This document shows positions 60,892 through 64,000 of a stretch of 64,000 bases of DNA, piece after piece. A program made the position numbers and the translations under genes. How positions within the stretch are numbered: the first letter of the stretch is position 1; every line of letters starts with the position of its first letter. This stretch comes from Rhina ancylostomus (taxonomy: Eukaryota): the NCBI GenBank assembly GCA_030265395.1, contig JARFYF010000017.1, forward strand, positions 18,776,473 to 18,840,472, given 5' to 3'. The notes beneath the pieces are model-generated. The model worked only from the letters and a program-made list of their open reading frames with translations. It was not told the origin of the DNA and searched no databases.

Positions 60892-62049
60892 TATCTTATT
60901 CAAGTGCACCAGCATTTGTGGTTTCCATAGATTTGCATTTATTTTCTTGTCAATGTAACTTTAACTGAAAATTAATGAGCTTGATCACCTTGTGTCATTG
61001 TAATTTATCACACCCTATAGCCTGGCAGGACCATAAGAAGTGTGGAGCTTCCTCTCTGCTGCCTGCAGTCAGTGAGTGGACTTTCATGTGTAGAGGGGCT
61101 CTGGTTTCTCACCTTTAAAAATAAAGAACCACAATGTTCATTTTGAAATTGGGTAATCAAGGTATGTGCTAAATTATTTGATCCAAAAGTATTCACATTT
61201 ACATTCAGACAAACTGAGTATTGTCAAGTGAAACCTGTTTCTTTTGTGTTGCACTTCAATTCTGAATTAGAACATTTAATTGAACATTAGTTTTAGCATA
61301 TCCTGTATGAACAGTTTTCATAAATTGTTCTGCTCCAGGCTATCTTGGACTGTTATAAATCCAGTGCTGTTACACTCATGCAAAACATAAATTTTCAATA
61401 TTTTGAGCTCTGTCCAAGATGCATGATAGGCTGGTTATCAGATTCAGATTCCTGCATTAGTGCTCAGAATTCTTTATTTGTTACCAGAGTTGCCAATACC
61501 CTTAACTAAAAGAGAACTGCAATAGCCCAAATTCATTTTGGACCCTATATGGTCACTATTTAATTGTGTTCAAATTTTGAATATATCTGTAATTAAACTG
61601 AGAACTCCTCATCAAGCAGAGTTAGTTGATACATTTACCCAATAGATTTTTAATTCATGTTTGACATAATTAGACTAGCATATAGTCAATTAAGGATTAA
61701 ATTCAGTAAAATTGTTATATAACATTTTCTGGAACAAATAGTTCAACTTTCTTTATGACTTTATAACAAATCAACTATCTGTATTATACTCTTGTACCAA
61801 GGTTGTTGCTTTATCTATGACCAGAGTTTAAATTGAGCCAATTGAGATGGATTGACCTGAAATGTACGCACAGTTGCTTGTGATCAGGAAGAGAACCTCC
61901 AGTAAGGAGATCCTGATTGGTCAGCATATTCATGACTCCTATGCTTGTGCATTGCAGTGAAGAAGGAAGAACATACTGAAGGTCAGTTGTTGGCACATCT
62001 GACCTCTTGCTCTGTCCCTAAAGTCACCATCAAGTCCATGGAGGTTCTT

Positions 62050-62305
62050 GGAGCTGGATACATTTCATATCTGGCTCCTTGTTTTACATCAGCTGACCTA
62101 GATGGGGAAGGTAAGTAGTTTGATTTTGTTTCTTTATTTTAATTAGCATTGATGTTTTAAATTAAATTATGTCAAGTAAGTGTTTTAATTACATTTATTA
62201 TTTTTTGATTAAAGCATATGTATTTGAACATATTTTAAATGTCTCTGACATCATGTAGATCTAGCTGAAAAGGCCTTTGACAGCATGAGCTGTCAGAAGT
62301 CTCTC
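62050..62305. repeat. Ancient dispersed repeat, inverted relative to 3270-3630
   Basis: Hairpin gagctggata..tatctggctc, ggtaagt, AT-rich core, ttttaaatgtctctga; see 3270-3630. Confidence 0.55.
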
Positions 62306-63421
62306 AGAATTTTCTGGTGGTGGGAGGGGTGGAGACGTGAGATGGGGTGCCTTAGGATTTGATGCTTGAGTTCAAGTTGCACTTAAGGCCAGAACACATT
62401 GTAGGATGAGAGACTGACTGCCACAAAAGATTAGTGTGGCCGCAGGAGTAGCCCAGGGATTGGGGCAAACTTGAGGTGTGGGCTGGGTTAGAACAGACAA
62501 CCCCCTGGTAAGTAGCTTTCATTTGAAGGCCTTAAAACATTTTTGACATAATGAAACTGAAACAAACTAACTCTACAGATGGCTTTGTGAGTTATTATCA
62601 GTAGCAAGCCTAATTAGTTCAAATGCCACTCCTTATAATTTTAGATTAAAATGTAATAATACCGCAAACTTTTGTAATAGTGGCCATAAGTAGTAGTCCA
62701 TTAGTGATTTACCCTAGCAACTAGATAGATGGATAAAGCAATGTTGCACTCCAAGTAGGCAATTCTCATGTAGAATTCTGTTGACTGGTTGTAAGACTTA
62801 TCATCTCACAGAAAATCTGCAATCAGGTTTGTGCAGTTATCATACATCTGCAATAATACTTCACTACCTTGAATGCGGAGATGTGCTCTGCATCAGATTT
62901 TGCCATCGACATAAGAGAAGCTCCATTTTTGGGCTGTTTACTTTTACTGGACTTCTAAGCAGAGTGATTAAATGGCCCCACATATGTGCTGTAATGAAAT
63001 GTGGTGAAGTGACTTTTTTTGTTTGTTGTGTCCTGACAAAGCAATTTGATCCTAACCTGGCCAACAGGAGACTGATGGAATTGAATTGACCACCCCCTCC
63101 CATTTAACTTGCAAAGTTGGTTTTGCTGTAGGTAGGTTTGGTGAGGTTAAAATTGTAACTTGGGAATATTTTGTCTTGGTATCTTTTTTATATTCTGAAG
63201 CACTTAATTATATGACTGACAGTTTATTCAGCATTGGGAAAACCATTTCTGCCTCTGTCCAAATTTTCTTCTGTTCTTCCTGATAGGATTGTTCATTCCT
63301 AAAAGTTTGCTTTTAAAATATAGCAAATTTTGAGCCATCAGTATTTTTCAGAAACTATCTGATGTGGTGAATATTAAATATTTTTGGGGCATCCAGCTTC
63401 AAATGTATCTTCAGTTACATT

Positions 63422-63920
63422 GATGAACAACACTTCATATTCTGCCTTGCTGGTCTCCAACTTGACGGCCTCAACATTGATTTCGCTAACTTCTGGTAAC
63501 CCCTCCCCTCCCCCCCTTTGTTTTTCCTTATTCCTGTGGCCAACTCACCCCCTGTCTTTCCCCAACTCCTCCCTCATGACTTGCCCATTTATTCCCCACC
63601 TCCTTCCCTTTTTTCCATGGTCTACTACCCTCTCCTACTGGATTCCTTCTTCTTCAGCCCTTTGCCTCCTCTACCTATCACCTCTCAGCTTCTTGCATCA
63701 CTCCCTTTCATCCCCCCTCCCCTGCCCAGCTACCTTCCCCCTCTCACCTGGACTCACCTATCACCTGCCAACATGTGCTCTTCCCCCTCCCCTGGCCTTC
63801 TTATTCTGGCTTCTGCCCTCTTCCTTTCCAGTCCTGATGAAGGGTCTCAACCCGAAATGTTGACTGTTTATTTCCATCCCTAGGTGCTGCTGAGTTCCAC
63901 CAGCATTTTCTGTGTGTTGA
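63422..63920 (+). mobile_element. Penelope-like element 3' end: ORF C-terminus, pyrimidine-rich UTR, hammerhead and tail
   Basis: 63422-63499 = DEQHFIFCLAGLQLDGLNIDFANFW* (cf. EQHLIFRLGxLQPxGxNIxF); tail tgctgctgagttccaccagcattttctgtgtgttg. Confidence 0.85.
63829..63866 (+). ncRNA. Minimal type I hammerhead ribozyme motif (PLE-associated)
   Basis: cagtc-CTGATGA-a-GGGT(ctca)ACCC-GAAA-tg-TT-gactg: 5-bp stem I, intact CUGAUGA and GAAA boxes, 4-bp stem II, minimal stem III, GUU triplet. Confidence 0.8.
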
Positions 63921-64000
63921 AATTTGTTAATGTTTGTCTGAATCTGTGTTTATAATAGACTCACAGTACTTAAAATGTTGTCAAAACAAATTGCTGTTCA

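Noticed and set aside
63384-63883. Two overlapping ORFs of 159 and 121 aa
   Set aside because: Pro/Leu/Ser-rich read-through of the pyrimidine-rich PLE 3' UTR, which lacks stops by composition.

Overview
This is eukaryotic, non-coding vertebrate DNA from a gapped short-read assembly. The repeat families (CR1/HER1-type LINEs, HE1-like V-SINEs, a Deu-domain SINE, Rex1/Babar, L2, Penelope-like elements) point to a cartilaginous fish, probably a batoid; the taxon is inferred from memory of these families, not from a search. No intact protein-coding gene, rRNA, tRNA or CRISPR array is supported. About 1-34.7 kb is densely packed with decayed and nested retroelements, including a Gypsy gag-pol relic. 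About 34.7-54.8 kb has no recognisable transposons and looks like a regulatory or conserved non-coding landscape, with a cluster of POU octamers, long SOX/FOX palindromes and one well-formed 108-nt candidate exon. The most notable structured-RNA signal is a set of Penelope-derived termini carrying minimal type I hammerhead ribozyme motifs (best copy 63829-63866), several arranged as inverted pairs. A ~1 kb composite insertion carries a GC-rich, exon-like segment of unknown origin. All family names and boundaries come from reading motifs by eye and are approximate.
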